In this document: positions 63,585 to 64,000 of the stretch, one piece after another | Layout: each line of letters begins with the position of its first letter | Position numbering within the stretch: position 1 is the first letter of the stretch | Notes under the pieces: generated by a model | The model's database searches: none | Told to the model about the DNA's origin: nothing | The model's input: the letters and a program-made list of their open reading frames with translations, nothing else | Position numbers and translations under genes: made by a program | Assembly: GCA_944324405.1 (NCBI GenBank) | Contig: CALUWF010000003.1 | Span: 8,890 to 72,889 of the forward strand | Reading direction: 5' to 3' | From: Candidatus Gastranaerophilales bacterium | GTDB taxonomy: Bacteria > Cyanobacteriota > Vampirovibrionia > Gastranaerophilales > Gastranaerophilaceae | DNA: 64,000 nucleotides

Positions 63585-64000
63585 TTAATCCCGCGAATTT
63601 GATTTTGTAATAATATCATATAATTCTTTTAGCGCAAAAGCACCGGCCACAACGGAGGTAAGCGCCATAGCAGCAATTTTAACACCTTTTGCACCTTTAT
63701 GATTATTGACAAAATCCGCTATTTTACCGCTTGCTTTTGTGTAACCTTTTTGCGTTGCACCTATAACGGTCTTAAAACCGTCAAGAACTTTTGAACCTGC
63801 AAACGCTGCGCCTTCTTTTATTTTGCCTCCCAATTTTTTTACTGCATCGGGTATATTTTTTACAATATTTTTAACAAATCCTGCTGCATTTGACAGACCG
63901 TTTTTTAAAGCGGCACCTTTTGATTTTGCAGCCGTTTTTGCCGCGCCGTTAATATTATTTCCGAATGAAACATTATTTGCTCTCGGTACCTGGCGTCTGC
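63585..64000 (-). CDS. Gly/Ala/Lys-rich tail-anchored protein (5' end beyond window)
   Basis: My translation shows the frame stays open from 63833 to nt 64000 (...RRQVPRANNVSFGNNINGAAKTAAKSKGAALKNGLSNAAGFVKNIVKNIPDAVKKLGGKIKEG...). There is a single C-terminal TM (IAAMALTSVVAGAFAL). Confidence 0.5.
   Translation of the reverse strand, partial: RRQVPRANNVSFGNNINGAAKTAAKSKGAALKNGLSNAAGFVKNIVKNIPDAVKKLGGKIKEGAAFAGSKVLDGFKTVIGATQKGYTKASGKIADFVNNHKGAKGVKIAAMALTSVVAGAFALKELYDIITKSNSRD

Noticed and set aside
1-64000. Search for rRNA, tRNA, CRISPR arrays, transposases, integrases, restriction-modification, toxin-antitoxin or known defence-system genes
   Set aside because: No intergenic region exceeds about 212 nt, and none has tRNA-like GC-rich stems or direct-repeat arrays. 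No ORF shows DDE/tyrosine-recombinase, methylase-endonuclease or classical defence motifs. The PLD protein looks extracytoplasmic, and the STAND protein sits in a housekeeping operon.

Overview
This is an AT-rich, tightly packed chromosomal segment with about 58 protein-coding genes, most on the minus strand. I recognised no rRNA, tRNA, CRISPR array, transposase or integrase.

The housekeeping backbone is:
- rplS-rbgA-rnhB
- a flagellar core operon (lytic transglycosylase-fliE-fliF-[FliG slot]-fliH-flhA)
- coaD
- rpoB-rpoC1-rpoC2, with rpoC split as in cyanobacteria
- rsmG and a sigma-70 family factor
- queE, a DnaJ-like gene, miaA, hpf, an aminotransferase and hisH
- two GGDEF proteins and a GH57 glucan enzyme

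A split rpoC with a very large trigger-loop insertion, together with flagellar and LptD-like (diderm) genes, is most consistent with a non-photosynthetic cyanobacterial sister lineage (Vampirovibrionia/Melainabacteria-like). That is an inference from gene content only.

The least explained part is 30.8-43 kb:
- A translationally coupled minus-strand operon encodes two membrane proteins I cannot assign to any family, followed by a GH13 enzyme.
- It is followed by a 1356-aa GH13-like protein with about 520 aa inserted at the domain-B position.
- A STAND-like NTPase-TPR protein with a degenerate Walker A is divergently transcribed from the operon.

Other points worth a second look:
- The gene in the FliG slot does not look like FliG.
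- A pair of membrane-anchored paralogs flanks a secreted protein.
- A sugar-nucleotidyltransferase carries a roughly 300-aa unknown N-terminal domain.
- Two Tmk-like kinases sit in tandem and overlap.
- A PLD protein has two HKD motifs and extra domains.
- Six convergent gene pairs have overlapping stop codons.

All calls come from reading the ORF translations and DNA by eye. No searches were run.
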